Shown here in pieces: positions 47,160-57,068 of a DNA stretch of 64,000 nt. The DNA is from Ignavibacteriota bacterium (GTDB lineage Bacteria > Bacteroidota > Ignavibacteria > UBA10030 > UBA6906). Numbering within the stretch: the first letter of the stretch is position 1; each line of letters opens with the position of its first letter. The notes beneath the pieces are model-generated. The model saw only the letters and a list, made by a program, of their open reading frames with translations, was not told the DNA's origin and searched no databases. The translations under genes were made by a program, and so were the position numbers. The stretch is from positions 84,171-148,170 of the forward strand of contig CAVVIT010000004.1 in NCBI GenBank assembly GCA_963748405.1, given 5' to 3'.

Positions 47160-49145
47160 GTGATGGAACTCTCCGTGGTTATCGTCAACTACAATGTCCG
47201 TCAGTTCCTCGAGAATTCGCTGACCTCGATCTTCCGGGCGCTCGAAGGGATTGAAGGGGAAGTCTTTGTCGTCGACAATGCATCCGATGACGGGAGCCCG
47301 GACATGGTGAAGTCGAAGTTCCCGTCGGTCCATCTCATCGAGAACGCGAACAACGTCGGGTTCGCGAAGGCGAACAACATCGCGCTCCGCGAGGCGCGGG
47401 GGAGCTTCCTTCTTCTCATCAATCCGGATACCGTCGTCCAGGAAGACACGTTCCGTGTGATGCTCGCCTTCTTCCGGGAAGTCCCGGACGCCGGGCTCGC
47501 CGGATGCCGGATCCTGAATCCCGATGGCTCGTTCCAGCTTCCGTGCCGCAGGAGCTTTCCGACCCCCTGGGTCGCGTTCACGAAGATCTTCGGTCTCGCG
47601 AGTCTCTTCCCCGGATCGAGGGTTTTTGGAAAGTACAACCTGACGTATCTGAGTGAGGATGAGACCTATCCGGTCGACGCGGTGAGCGGTTCGTTCATGA
47701 TGGTACGGCGGGAGGCGTATGCACAGGTGGGGGGGCTGGACGAGAGCTTCTTCATGTACGGGGAAGACCTGGACTGGTGCTACAGGATCGGGAGGGCGGG
47801 GTTCAGGGTATACTACGTGCACACGACCAAGATCATCCATTTCAAAGGGGAAAGCACCAAGAGAAGCGACATCGACGAGATCAGGCTCTTTTACAGGGCG
47901 ATGCAGCTGTTTGTCCGGAAGCACTTCAGCCGTTCGCGCATCGTCCTTCTTTTCCTGAATCTCGGCATCATCGTCCGGGGGTCCGCGGCGTCGCTCGCCC
48001 GTCTCGCGCGGCCGATGGAGCTCGCCCTGCTGGACGGCCTGCTCGTCATCGGGGCGCTTCTGGCCGGAGAGTTCATCTACCGTGGGGGGTTGTTTCGCTT
48101 TCCGGCATATGCGTATCCGGTGATCTGGCTGGTACCCGCTTCGCTGATCGTCCTCCTCTCGGCTGCGGCGGGATTGTACACGACTGCCCGTTATGCCGTG
48201 AACCGCTCGTTCGGCGCGGTCGCGGCGGGGTACGTGCTTGTCTCCGCGACGGTGTTTTTCGTGAAGGACTTCGCATTCAGCAGGGCGGTCGTCCTCCTGG
48301 CCGGGATTTTCAGTCTGCTGTTTCTTCCCGGATGGCGGTTCGGGGTCCGGCTGTTCGGGCGGGGGGGGGCGCGGAAAACGGTCTTCGGACGGCGGACAGT
48401 CATCGTGGGCACGGGGCCGTCTGCACAGGAGGTGCTCAGAAAGCTCCGGGCCCGGGTCGATGACGGGTATGATGTGCTGGGCTTCATCGATACGAGCCTC
48501 CGGAGGGTCGGCGAAAAAGTGGCGGGCGTGGAAATCATCGGGAGCATCGACAATGCGGGAAAAGTGATCGATGAACGCCGCGTGGGAGAGGTGATCTTCT
48601 CGACGGACGGGCTCTCGTATGAGAACATCCTCTCCGTCATCGCGCGGAGCAGGAACAGGGCCATCAACTTCCGCCTTGTTCCGGGGAGCCTGGAATCGAT
48701 CATCGGGAAGACGAGCGTCGATGAGCTCGATACCCTCCCCCTGGTGGACATCGAGTACAACATCCACCGGCCGGGGAACAGATTCGTGAAGCGGCTCTTC
48801 GACCTGACGGCCGCGTGCATCCTCCTTGTCACGGTCTATCCCTTCAGCCGCGCGTTTCGCGGTGCCGATCCGGGAGCAAAGCCCCGCCTGTCCCGTCTTC
48901 CGGACGTGTTCCGCGGCCGGTTGAGCATCGTGGGGCTCCCCCCGGGGGACGCGCAGGCCGCGGGGGGCGGTCCCGACGTGAACGGTTACCTGGGACCCGA
49001 GGGACTCACCGGGCTCCTGCAGATCCACACGCACGAAGACCTCGACATGCAGGAACGCGAGCAGTACAAGCTCTACTACGCAAAGAACCAGTCCTTGATG
49101 CTCGATTTGCAGATCATCGCGAAATCGCTTTTCAGCCGGCGCTGA
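47160..49145 (+). CDS. fusion protein: N-terminal GT2 + TM/CoA-binding-like linker + degenerate C-terminal sugar-transferase (PHPT-like) remnant
   Basis: N-terminal [14 protein letters not shown]...[12 protein letters not shown]...[23 protein letters not shown] is GT2. The middle has 4-5 TM plus [17 protein letters not shown]...YDVLGFID (WbaP-like linker). The C-terminus [14 protein letters not shown] ... then only ...[27 protein letters not shown]. The PHPT catalytic core (KFRSM...DELPQ...PGITG) is absent. Confidence 0.65.
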   Translation: MMELSVVIVNYNVRQFLENSLTSIFRALEGIEGEVFVVDNASDDGSPDMVKSKFPSVHLIENANNVGFAKANNIALREARGSFLLLINPDTVVQEDTFRVMLAFFREVPDAGLAGCRILNPDGSFQLPCRRSFPTPWVAFTKIFGLASLFPGSRVFGKYNLTYLSEDETYPVDAVSGSFMMVRREAYAQVGGLDESFFMYGEDLDWCYRIGRAGFRVYYVHTTKIIHFKGESTKRSDIDEIRLFYRAMQLFVRKHFSRSRIVLLFLNLGIIVRGSAASLARLARPMELALLDGLLVIGALLAGEFIYRGGLFRFPAYAYPVIWLVPASLIVLLSAAAGLYTTARYAVNRSFGAVAAGYVLVSATVFFVKDFAFSRAVVLLAGIFSLLFLPGWRFGVRLFGRGGARKTVFGRRTVIVGTGPSAQEVLRKLRARVDDGYDVLGFIDTSLRRVGEKVAGVEIIGSIDNAGKVIDERRVGEVIFSTDGLSYENILSVIARSRNRAINFRLVPGSLESIIGKTSVDELDTLPLVDIEYNIHRPGNRFVKRLFDLTAACILLVTVYPFSRAFRGADPGAKPRLSRLPDVFRGRLSIVGLPPGDAQAAGGGPDVNGYLGPEGLTGLLQIHTHEDLDMQEREQYKLYYAKNQSLMLDLQIIAKSLFSRR

Positions 49146-49174
49146 GCGCACCACATTTTTACAGGAGAGGCCTT

Positions 49175-50125
49175 ATGGCGAAATCGGTACTGGAATTCGA
49201 GAAGCCCATCATCGAGCTCGAACAGAAGATGGAAGAGATGCGGCGGTACGCCGACAATCCCGACATCGCGATCGAAATCGGCAAAATCGAGAAACGCGTG
49301 AACCAGCTCCAGCTCACCGTCTACGCGGGGCTCACCCGCTGGCAGAAGGTTCAGCTTGCGCGCCATCCGGACCGTCCGTACACGCTCGACTACATCGGCA
49401 TGATCACGAAGGATTTTATCGAGCTCCACGGCGACCGGTACTTCAGGGACGACAAGGCGATCGTCGGGGGCTTCGCCCACATCGACGACAGGAAGGTGAT
49501 GCTCATCGGCCACCAGAAGGGGCGCGACACGAAGTCCAACGTCTACCGGAATTTCGGGATGCCGAACCCCGAGGGGTACCGGAAGGCCCTCAGGCTCATG
49601 AAGCTGGCGGAAAAATTCAAGATTCCGGTCGTCACCCTTCTGGATACTCCGGGCGCATTTCCGGGCCTGGAGGCCGAAGAACGGGGGCAGGCCGAGGCGA
49701 TCGCGCGGAACCTCCTGGAGATGGCACGCCTCCGCGTCCCCATCGTCGTGGCGATCATCGGCGAAGGGGCATCCGGGGGAGCCCTGGGGCTTGGTGTCGG
49801 CGACAGAATACTCATGATGGAGAATTCCTGGTATTCCGTGATCTCGCCGGAGTCCTGCTCCAGCATACTCTGGAGAAGCTGGGATTTCAAGGAACAGGCG
49901 GCCGAGGCTCTGCAGCTCACGGCGCCTGATCTGAAAAAGCAGGGGATCATCGACGAGATCATGCCTGAACCGCTCGGGGGCGCTCACCGCAACCCCGAAC
50001 AGGCCGCGCGGGTACTCAAAGACGCAATCCTGCAGGAACTCAAAGTCCTGGCGAAAGTCAAACCCGAAAAACTCCTGGAACGCCGCATCGAGAAGTTCAG
50101 CAAGATGGGCGTCTGGGTCGGTTAA
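49175..50125 (+). CDS. accA: acetyl-CoA carboxylase carboxyltransferase subunit alpha
   Basis: Full-length AccA: [61 protein letters not shown]. The upstream in-frame part of ORF 48815..50125 is rejected as Arg/Pro-rich. Confidence 0.9.
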   Translation: MAKSVLEFEKPIIELEQKMEEMRRYADNPDIAIEIGKIEKRVNQLQLTVYAGLTRWQKVQLARHPDRPYTLDYIGMITKDFIELHGDRYFRDDKAIVGGFAHIDDRKVMLIGHQKGRDTKSNVYRNFGMPNPEGYRKALRLMKLAEKFKIPVVTLLDTPGAFPGLEAEERGQAEAIARNLLEMARLRVPIVVAIIGEGASGGALGLGVGDRILMMENSWYSVISPESCSSILWRSWDFKEQAAEALQLTAPDLKKQGIIDEIMPEPLGGAHRNPEQAARVLKDAILQELKVLAKVKPEKLLERRIEKFSKMGVWVG

Positions 50126-50140
50126 GTAAAGGAAAGGACC

Positions 50141-50566
50141 ATGGTCAAACATACCTCCGAAATCCGCATCCGCTACGCCGATACGGACCAGATGAAATTC
50201 GCCTACTACGGTAAGTTTTTCGAGTACTTCGAACAGGGTCGTTCCGACCTCCTGCGGAGCATCGGCCTCCCCTACACGCGGGTCGAGGAGATGGGTCTCT
50301 TCCTCCCGGTCATCGAGGCGCACGCCTCGTACAAGCGCGCCGCCAGGTATGACGACCTCCTGCAGGTCGTGACGATCCTTCGCGACGCCCCCGTTGCGCG
50401 CGTCCGGCTCGACTACGAGATTTACAAGGAGGGGGAAAAGGAGATCCTCGCGGACGGCTACACGATACACAGTTTCGTGAATGCGGAGACCGGGAAACCG
50501 ACCCGTGCGCCGGCGCAGTTCGTCGAGGCCATTGAAAAGGCGATCGCAAAATCAGCGAAAGGGTAG
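50141..50566 (+). CDS. acyl-CoA thioesterase, YbgC/4HBT hotdog-fold family
   Basis: IRIRYADTDQMKFAYYGKFFEYFEQGRSDLLRSIG is the classic 4HBT/YbgC N-terminal motif with catalytic Asp. 141 aa. Confidence 0.8.
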   Translation: MVKHTSEIRIRYADTDQMKFAYYGKFFEYFEQGRSDLLRSIGLPYTRVEEMGLFLPVIEAHASYKRAARYDDLLQVVTILRDAPVARVRLDYEIYKEGEKEILADGYTIHSFVNAETGKPTRAPAQFVEAIEKAIAKSAKG

Positions 50567-50569
50567 CCG

Positions 50570-50731
50570 ATGCTGCGGAAAGAGCTGCTCGATGTCCTCT
50601 GCTGCCCGAAGTGCAGGGGGGCGCTGTCCTATAAGACTGATCCGGAGACGCTCACGTGCCTGAAATGCGGGGCGGTTTACCAGGTCAGAAACGACATCCC
50701 GATCATGGTGGCCTCCGATGAGCGCAAATGA
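50570..50731 (+). CDS. Trm112/UPF0434 (YcaR-like) family small protein
   Basis: MLRKELLDVLCCPKCRGALSYKTDPETLTCLKCGAVYQVRNDIPIMV matches the UPF0434 pattern (LLEILVCPVCKGKL...L.C..C...YPI.DGIPVLL). It is under 60 aa, so absent from the ORF track. It overlaps the nadC start. Confidence 0.75.
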   Translation: MLRKELLDVLCCPKCRGALSYKTDPETLTCLKCGAVYQVRNDIPIMVASDERK

Positions 50732-51602
50732 CACGCTGAACGACAGCCGCATCAGCCGGATGGTGGAGCTCGCGCTGATGGAGGACATCGGCCTCGGCGA
50801 CATCACGGGCGAGGCGATCCTCGGGGAGGACGATCTCGGTGCGGCGGAGTTCCTCTGCAAGGGGGAGGGCATCGTCGCGGGGATCGAGGTTGCCGGAATC
50901 GTGTTCGGATATTGCGACCACAGCATCACGCTGCACAGCCTGGCGAGCGACGGGAGCGCCGTGAAGCCAGGCCAGGTGCTCGCCAGGATTGACGGGAACG
51001 CAAAGGGGATTCTCCGCGGCGAGCGCACGGCTCTCAACTTTCTCCAGCGGATGAGCGGCATCGCGACGCTGACGGGGGAGTTTGTGCGGGCGGTGGCCGG
51101 AACGGGCGCAAAGATCACCGACACCCGCAAGACCGCCCCCGGTCTCCGGGCCCTCGACAAGATGGCCGTCCGTCTGGGCGGGGGCGTGAACCACCGGTTC
51201 GGCCTCGACGACATGGTTCTCGTCAAGGACAACCACATCGTGGCGGCAGGGGGGATCGCCGCCGCCGTGACGCGCTGCCGGAGCTATCTCCAGGAACACC
51301 GGATCGACGCGAGGATCGAAGTGGAGACGAAGAACATTCCCGAGGTGGATGAAGCGCTCACGTGCACGGGGGTCCACAGGATCATGCTGGACAATTTCTC
51401 CCCGGAACTTATGAAGAAAGCCGTGGAGAGGATCGCGCACCGCGTGGAGGTGGAAGCCTCCGGAGGGATTACGCTCGGAACGGTCCGTGCGTATGCGGAA
51501 ACCGGCGTCGATTTCATTTCTGTCGGCGCGCTGACGCACTCGGTCAGGGCGCTGGACATTTCTCTCGAACTCACCCAGACCGCGCGCGCCCGCGCGCACT
51601 GA
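50718..51602 (+). CDS. nadC: nicotinate-nucleotide pyrophosphorylase (quinolinate phosphoribosyltransferase)
   Basis: ALMEDIGLGDITGEAI, LRGERTALNFLQRMSGIAT, TRKTAPGLRALDKMAV, MVLVKDNHI and LDNFSPE are NadC signatures. Confidence 0.9.
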   Translation: MSANDTLNDSRISRMVELALMEDIGLGDITGEAILGEDDLGAAEFLCKGEGIVAGIEVAGIVFGYCDHSITLHSLASDGSAVKPGQVLARIDGNAKGILRGERTALNFLQRMSGIATLTGEFVRAVAGTGAKITDTRKTAPGLRALDKMAVRLGGGVNHRFGLDDMVLVKDNHIVAAGGIAAAVTRCRSYLQEHRIDARIEVETKNIPEVDEALTCTGVHRIMLDNFSPELMKKAVERIAHRVEVEASGGITLGTVRAYAETGVDFISVGALTHSVRALDISLELTQTARARAH

Positions 51603-51616
51603 TCCCGGGACCACAC

Positions 51617-53071
51617 ATGCTTGCACAGATCAGACGCCTGGGGACGGACACCGCGATTTACGGGATCAGCACCGTCGTCGGGAGATTCCTCAGCTTCCTC
51701 CTCGTCCCGTTCTACACGAATGTCATCCGTCCCGGCGAATACGGTATCGTCGCGAACGTCTATTCCATCATCGCCTTCCTGAACGTGATCTGGGTGTACG
51801 GGATGGAATCGGCGTACTTCAAGTACTCCTCCACGGGAGAAATCGGCACCCCGCGGCAGAATTTCAGCACCCCGTTCATCTCCCTGTGTGCGACGTCCCT
51901 GCTCCTTTCGGGGGCCCTTGCCGCTCTTGCTCCCGCCGCCGGGAGATGGATGGCCATCCCGCCCGGACACGGATCCATCGTGCCGTACACCGCGGGAATA
52001 CTCTTTCTCGATACGCTCGCAATCGTCCCGTTCGCTTCGCTCAGGATGGACCGCAAGCCTTTTCTCTTTGCGTCCCTGAAGGTCCTCAATATCGGCGTGA
52101 ACGTGGCGTGCAACCTTGTGTTCCTCCTCGTGTTTCACGCCGGTGTGGAGGGGATATTCATGAGCGGGCTTATCGCATCGGGGGTGACGGTCATAGCGCT
52201 GGTCCCCACGATCGTCCGGCAGTTCACAGGCGAGTTCTCCGTTCCCTTGTACAGGGCGCTCCTGAAATTCGGGCTCCCGTACATACCCGCGGGGCTTGCC
52301 GCCATCGTCATCCAGGTGATCGACAGGCCGATCATGCTTCTCCTGACGAGCCTCGCGGTGGTGGGGGTGTACCAGGCGAATTACCGTCTCGGCATATTCA
52401 TGATGCTCATCGTCTCGATGTACGATTACGCCTGGCGGCCGTTCTTTCTCTCCCACGCTGCAGAGCCGGGAGCGAAGGCTCTCTTCGCGCGCGCTCTGAC
52501 GTACTCCGTGGCCGCAATGGCGGGCGTTTTCCTTGCCGTCTCAATGTTCATCGGCGACGTCGTCAGGATGCGGATCTTCGGCAGGTACATCATCCACCCC
52601 GACTACTGGGGAGGGCTGTCAATCGTCCCCGTCGTCCTGATTGCCTACATGTTCCTCGGCGTCTACAACAACCTCGTGGCGGGAGTCTACATCGAGAAGA
52701 GGACGCAACGGCTGCCGGCGATCACGCTGGCGGGAGCCCTCGTCAACATCGGTGCCAATTTCCTGCTGATCCCCGTCATGGGAATGATGGGAGGAGCACT
52801 TGCGACGCTCCTCGCCTACGCCGTTATGGCGATCGTGCTGTATGTTGACGTTCAGAGATTCTACCCCGTCCGCTATGAATGGGGAAGGATCGCCCGCCTG
52901 GCGGCGATCGGCTCGCTGACTTATTTCCTGTTCCTCTTCGTGAATGCCGGGGCGTATCACATCGCGTGGAAGAGCTTCCTTCTCCTTTTCTTCTGCGCTT
53001 CCCTCTTCCTCACGCGGTTCTTCCTGCCTGAAGAAATCACCGCCCTCCGCAGGCTTATCCGCAAATCGTAA
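51617..53071 (+). CDS. MOP-superfamily oligosaccharide flippase family protein (Wzx/MurJ-like)
   Basis: 484 aa with ~14 TM helices. N-terminal TAIYGISTVVGRFLSFLLVPFYTNVIRPGEYG is the polysaccharide-biosynthesis-protein family pattern. Located among housekeeping genes. Confidence 0.65.
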   Translation: MLAQIRRLGTDTAIYGISTVVGRFLSFLLVPFYTNVIRPGEYGIVANVYSIIAFLNVIWVYGMESAYFKYSSTGEIGTPRQNFSTPFISLCATSLLLSGALAALAPAAGRWMAIPPGHGSIVPYTAGILFLDTLAIVPFASLRMDRKPFLFASLKVLNIGVNVACNLVFLLVFHAGVEGIFMSGLIASGVTVIALVPTIVRQFTGEFSVPLYRALLKFGLPYIPAGLAAIVIQVIDRPIMLLLTSLAVVGVYQANYRLGIFMMLIVSMYDYAWRPFFLSHAAEPGAKALFARALTYSVAAMAGVFLAVSMFIGDVVRMRIFGRYIIHPDYWGGLSIVPVVLIAYMFLGVYNNLVAGVYIEKRTQRLPAITLAGALVNIGANFLLIPVMGMMGGALATLLAYAVMAIVLYVDVQRFYPVRYEWGRIARLAAIGSLTYFLFLFVNAGAYHIAWKSFLLLFFCASLFLTRFFLPEEITALRRLIRKS

Positions 53072-53171
53072 ATGAATCATCGCGAAGCGCGCTCTCCGCG
53101 ACCCGCCGCAGGCGGGGCAATCTGGCATCTGGCCCCAAAAACCTGTATCTTTCAATATTTTACAGGACCTC

Positions 53172-54182
53172 ATGAGCGGTCAACCGCTGAAATACAGATT
53201 CGATGCTGAACACCCCATGGTCGTCGGAGGCCAGGCGGTGATCGAAGGGGTCATGATGCGCGCCCCGGGGATGGTCGCGACTGCGGTGCGGAGACCGGAC
53301 GGAACCATCGCCGTGCGAAAAGAGCCGTATGTTTCGCTGGCGGAAAAGAGCAAGATCTTCCGGCTCCCCGTACTCCGGGGAGCAGTCGGCCTCATCGAGA
53401 TGCTCATCATCGGCCTCCGCTCGCTCAACTACTCCGCCGAAGCGGCCATGGGGACGGACACGCAGGAAGAGCAAGGGAATGACGGCCGCGGGGATTCGCC
53501 GAAGCGGAGCGCGGGAGAGACATTCAGTCTCGCTCTCGCCCTTGGAGGAGCACTCCTTGCCGGGGTGGCGATATTCTTCCTGACGCCTCTGGTGATCACG
53601 ACAGCCCTGTTTCACGTCGACCAGCAGCCGCTGGCGTTCAATCTTATCGCAGGTGCAATACGATTGGCGCTGTTCCTGGGGTATCTCCTCGTGATTTCGA
53701 TGATGAAGGATGTCCGCCGTCTTTTCGAATACCACGGGGCGGAGCACAAGGTGGTCTTCACCTTCGAGCGCGAGGACGCGCTGTCGGTCGAGTGCGCGGC
53801 AAAGCAGACCCGGTTCCATCCACGGTGCGGAACGAGCTTTCTCCTCATCGTCATGCTCGTGGCGATCGTCCTTTTCGGGCTCCTCGATACGGCCTTGATG
53901 TACTGGCTCGGCGCACTTTCTCTCCCTCTTCGGATCGCGACGCATCTGCCTCTGATCCCCGTCCTCGGGGGCGTTTCGTACGAGTTCATCAGGATCTCCG
54001 CCCGGAAATCGGGGACGGCGATCGGGCGCATGATCGTCGCTCCCGGGCTCTGGCTTCAGAAGATCACCACGAAAGAACCCGACGCCGGCGAGCTTGAAGT
54101 CGCCCTCGAAGCCCTCAGGGCCGCCCTCGGTGAAGAGCCCGCCGACATCCCCGTGTTTGCGCAGCAGGCAGCCGCAAGGTGA
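53172..54182 (+). CDS. DUF1385-domain membrane protein (YqhQ-like)
   Basis: [38 protein letters not shown] are the DUF1385 conserved motifs. Commonly encoded upstream of prfA. Confidence 0.75.
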   Translation: MSGQPLKYRFDAEHPMVVGGQAVIEGVMMRAPGMVATAVRRPDGTIAVRKEPYVSLAEKSKIFRLPVLRGAVGLIEMLIIGLRSLNYSAEAAMGTDTQEEQGNDGRGDSPKRSAGETFSLALALGGALLAGVAIFFLTPLVITTALFHVDQQPLAFNLIAGAIRLALFLGYLLVISMMKDVRRLFEYHGAEHKVVFTFEREDALSVECAAKQTRFHPRCGTSFLLIVMLVAIVLFGLLDTALMYWLGALSLPLRIATHLPLIPVLGGVSYEFIRISARKSGTAIGRMIVAPGLWLQKITTKEPDAGELEVALEALRAALGEEPADIPVFAQQAAAR

Positions 54183-54183
54183 C

Positions 54184-55248
54184 ATGATGCTTGACCGACT
54201 GGAAAAAGTCCGTGAGCGCTACGATGAGCTGACCCGCCTGCTGAGCGATCCTGCAGTTCTGGAAAACCAGGAAAGGATCCGCCAGCTCAGCAAGGAACAC
54301 AGCGACCTCGCCCCCCTTATCCGGGTGTACAATCTCTACACGAAAGAGAAACAGAACCTCGCGGGGTTGAAGGAGATCACCGAAACCTCCTCCGACCCCG
54401 AAATGAAGCAGCTTGCGTACGGGGAGATGGAAGAAGCCCGGGGGAAGGTCTCCCGCCTCGAGGACGAGCTGAAGACCCTCCTGATTCCCAAGGATCCCAA
54501 TGACAGCAGGGACGTGATTCTGGAGATCCGGGCGGGAACAGGAGGCGACGAAGCCGCCCTGTTCGCCGCGGACCTCTACAGGATGTATTCCAGATTTGCG
54601 GAACGCCAGAAATGGAAGGTGGAGATCCTCGATCTCAACGACACCGGCATCGGCGGGGTCAAGGAGATCTCCTTCGCCCTGAGCGGGGACGACGTTTACG
54701 GGACGATGAAGTTCGAAAGCGGCGTGCACAGGGTGCAAAGGGTCCCGGAAACGGAAACACAGGGGCGCGTGCACACTTCCGCAGCGACCGTGGCGGTCCT
54801 CCCGGAAGTTGAACCGGTCGACGTGGAAATCAATCCGGCGGACCTGGAAATGGACACGTTCCGTTCGGGGGGAAAGGGGGGGCAGAACGTCAACAAAGTG
54901 GAGACCGCCGTCCGAATCACGCACCGTCCGAGCGGCATCATCGTCGTCTGCCGCCAGGAGCGTTCACAGTTTCAGAACCGCGAACGGGCGATGAAGATGC
55001 TGCGGGCCAGGTTGTACGACAGGATGGTGGAACAGCAGGTCGGTGACGTGGCCGCCCGGAGGAAATCCATGGTCAAAAGCGGCGACAGGAGCGACAAAAT
55101 CAGGACGTACAATTTTCCCCAGAACCGGGTGACCGACCACCGCATCGGGCTGACGCTGTACAATCTCGCGGAGATCATCGATGGGAAGCTCGAAGAGCTC
55201 CTGGAAGCCCTGAAGATTGCCGACCGCGCCGAGAAGCTTAAAGCGTAA
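54184..55248 (+). CDS. prfA: peptide chain release factor 1
   Basis: Full-length RF1: the PVT-type recognition region ...[13 protein letters not shown] motif in [21 protein letters not shown], and C-terminal RIGLTLYNL. Confidence 0.95.
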   Translation: MMLDRLEKVRERYDELTRLLSDPAVLENQERIRQLSKEHSDLAPLIRVYNLYTKEKQNLAGLKEITETSSDPEMKQLAYGEMEEARGKVSRLEDELKTLLIPKDPNDSRDVILEIRAGTGGDEAALFAADLYRMYSRFAERQKWKVEILDLNDTGIGGVKEISFALSGDDVYGTMKFESGVHRVQRVPETETQGRVHTSAATVAVLPEVEPVDVEINPADLEMDTFRSGGKGGQNVNKVETAVRITHRPSGIIVVCRQERSQFQNRERAMKMLRARLYDRMVEQQVGDVAARRKSMVKSGDRSDKIRTYNFPQNRVTDHRIGLTLYNLAEIIDGKLEELLEALKIADRAEKLKA

Positions 55249-55743
55249 CTAGCCCCCGTTCCCCTTCTCCCTCATCGCCGCAAAGAACTCCGAGAGCAGC
55301 CCGCCACACTGTTCCGCGCTGATCCCCCCCACAAGCTCAACCCGGTGGTTCAGTCTTGAGTCCTGGACGATGTTGAAGAGCGTTCCGCACGCGCCGGCCT
55401 TTGGATCGAATGCTCCGAAGACGAGCCTGGGGATCCTGGCGAGAACGATCGCCCCCGCGCACATCGCGCAGGGCTCGAGCGTCACGTAGAGCGTGCAGCC
55501 CTCAAACCGCCTGCTACCAAGGCCCGCCGCCGCCGCGGTTATGGCGATCATCTCGGCGTGTGCCGTCGGGTCCTGAAGGGTCTCGATCTGGTTGTACCCC
55601 TTGCCGATGATGCGGCTGTTGTGGACGACCACCGCGCCGACAGGGACCTCTTTCCGTTTTTTTGCCTGCTCCGCTTCTCGCAGAGCAGATTCCATCCACC
55701 TCTCGTCTTCAGTCATGCGATCAATATCGGGGAACTCCTCCAT
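55249..55743 (-). CDS. tadA: tRNA-specific adenosine deaminase
   Basis: WMESALREAEQA...VPVGAVVVHN...HAEMIAI (zinc His-Ala-Glu), LYVTLEPCAMCAGAI (P-C-x2-C). Start codon is uncertain: MEEF at 55743, MTEDERW at 55716, or the long ORF start at 55869. Convergent with prfA. Confidence 0.85.
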   Translation of the reverse strand: MEEFPDIDRMTEDERWMESALREAEQAKKRKEVPVGAVVVHNSRIIGKGYNQIETLQDPTAHAEMIAITAAAAGLGSRRFEGCTLYVTLEPCAMCAGAIVLARIPRLVFGAFDPKAGACGTLFNIVQDSRLNHRVELVGGISAEQCGGLLSEFFAAMREKGNGG

Positions 55744-55848
55744 GGAATCAAGATGAAATCGGGCTGTGGTGCGTTGTATCACATGCTGTCCGTGTATTGC
55801 CGGGTCCCGGGCCGTTGCGTCCGACGGCGGGGTTCCGTATAATGAAAA

Positions 55849-56760
55849 ATGCAAACCCCGCCGGGTCATTACGAACTTGCAGTTGCATACCGCGTGTGCC
55901 CGCGACTCTCACGTGCGGCCGAACCGTTCGGGCTGTCGAAGCTCGATTTCACATCTCTCTGTCTCCGGTCTTTCCGGGAAAGCCTGGGACCGCTGCGGAC
56001 AAAAATCTGGGCGATTCTGGACGATTGCCCGGCGGAATATGAAGACCTTTTTCGCGGGCATTTCCGGGAGGAGGATCTCGAGATCGTGCGCTTTCCGCAC
56101 GCAGGGAATGCAAAGACGTTTATGGCGCAGGTCGACATCCTCACGCGTCAGAAGGATGCACCGCTCGTCTATTTTGCCGAGGATGACTATCTCTACCGGC
56201 CGGGGATGTTGGCCGTGATGGCGGGCTTCATTGCGTCGCACCCGGATGTGGATTTTGTCTCGCCGTTCGATCACCCGGACTACTACTCGCTCCCCCTCAC
56301 GCGCCCCCGCACCGTCCTCAGGGTTTACGGGTCCTCGCACTGGCGCACGGCGGGTTCGACGTGCCTGACGTTTCTGACGCGCCGGGAGACCCTCGAGCAC
56401 ACGCGTTCCATCTTCGGGACGTACGCACGGAGAAACTATGACTCGAGCCTCTGGCTGATGCTGACGAAACAGCGGATCCTGAATCCCTTTGCCTTGCTCC
56501 GCCTCCTCGGCGGCACCAGGGTTGAACGGATGACCGCCGCAAAGGCCTGGTTCTTCGGTTGGCGCCAGTTGCTCTTCGGGCGGGCGTGGAAGTTGTGGAC
56601 ACCCGTTCCCTCAATGGGAACCCACGTCGTATCGGGCGGGCTTGCGCGGGGGGTGGATTGGACCCTCTACGGACTCCCTGAATCGCGGGTGACGGCCCGG
56701 CCGGAGGCGCGCGACAGTCTGAACATCGAGACAGCGGGAGAGAGAAAGGGAGTACGGTGA
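55849..56760 (+). CDS. hypothetical protein (possible GT-A-like nucleotide-sugar transferase fold, DxD-like YFAEDDYLY)
   Basis: Clean 303-aa ORF in high-GC host DNA. No confident family. TATAAT hexamer 5 nt upstream of the ATG. Confidence 0.45.
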   Translation: MQTPPGHYELAVAYRVCPRLSRAAEPFGLSKLDFTSLCLRSFRESLGPLRTKIWAILDDCPAEYEDLFRGHFREEDLEIVRFPHAGNAKTFMAQVDILTRQKDAPLVYFAEDDYLYRPGMLAVMAGFIASHPDVDFVSPFDHPDYYSLPLTRPRTVLRVYGSSHWRTAGSTCLTFLTRRETLEHTRSIFGTYARRNYDSSLWLMLTKQRILNPFALLRLLGGTRVERMTAAKAWFFGWRQLLFGRAWKLWTPVPSMGTHVVSGGLARGVDWTLYGLPESRVTARPEARDSLNIETAGERKGVR

Positions 56761-56793
56761 CGAGGGGGGCTCAGATGAGCCCCCCGGCTTTTG

Positions 56794-56867
56794 TGCGCCT
56801 GGAGGGATTTGAACCCCCAACCCTCAGATCCGAAGTCTGATGCTCTATCCAGTTGAGCTACAGGCGC
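56794..56867 (-). tRNA. tRNA-Arg (anticodon TCG)
   Basis: The reverse complement GCGCCTGTAGCTCAACTGGATAGAGCATCAGACTTCGGATCTGAGGGTTGGGGGTTCAAATCCCTCCAGGCGCA folds as a cloverleaf: acceptor 7 bp, D-stem GCTC/GAGC, anticodon stem TCAGA/TCTGA with loop CTTCGGA (U33, anticodon TCG, purine at position 37), T-loop TTCAAAT. No encoded CCA. Confidence 0.85.
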
Positions 56868-57068
56868 TGCATATTCGAGCTGTTTTAGCCGATTCCTGGC
56901 CGGAAGAACCTCTCCGTGGACAGGTTTACGTCCAATACTTGTTACAATTTGGTAACAATTGGTATTAGGCCTTGCCGGCTTGGATTGGCTTATGCGACAA
57001 TAAGGTAACAAGTGTTGACCGGGAATTCAAGGAGGAAAGAATCAGGCACGGTCACGTATATGATAGAG

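Noticed and set aside
47109-49154. 681-aa minus-strand ORF
   Set aside because: Antisense to the GT2-PHPT-remnant fusion gene. Arg/Glu/Pro-rich with no motifs.
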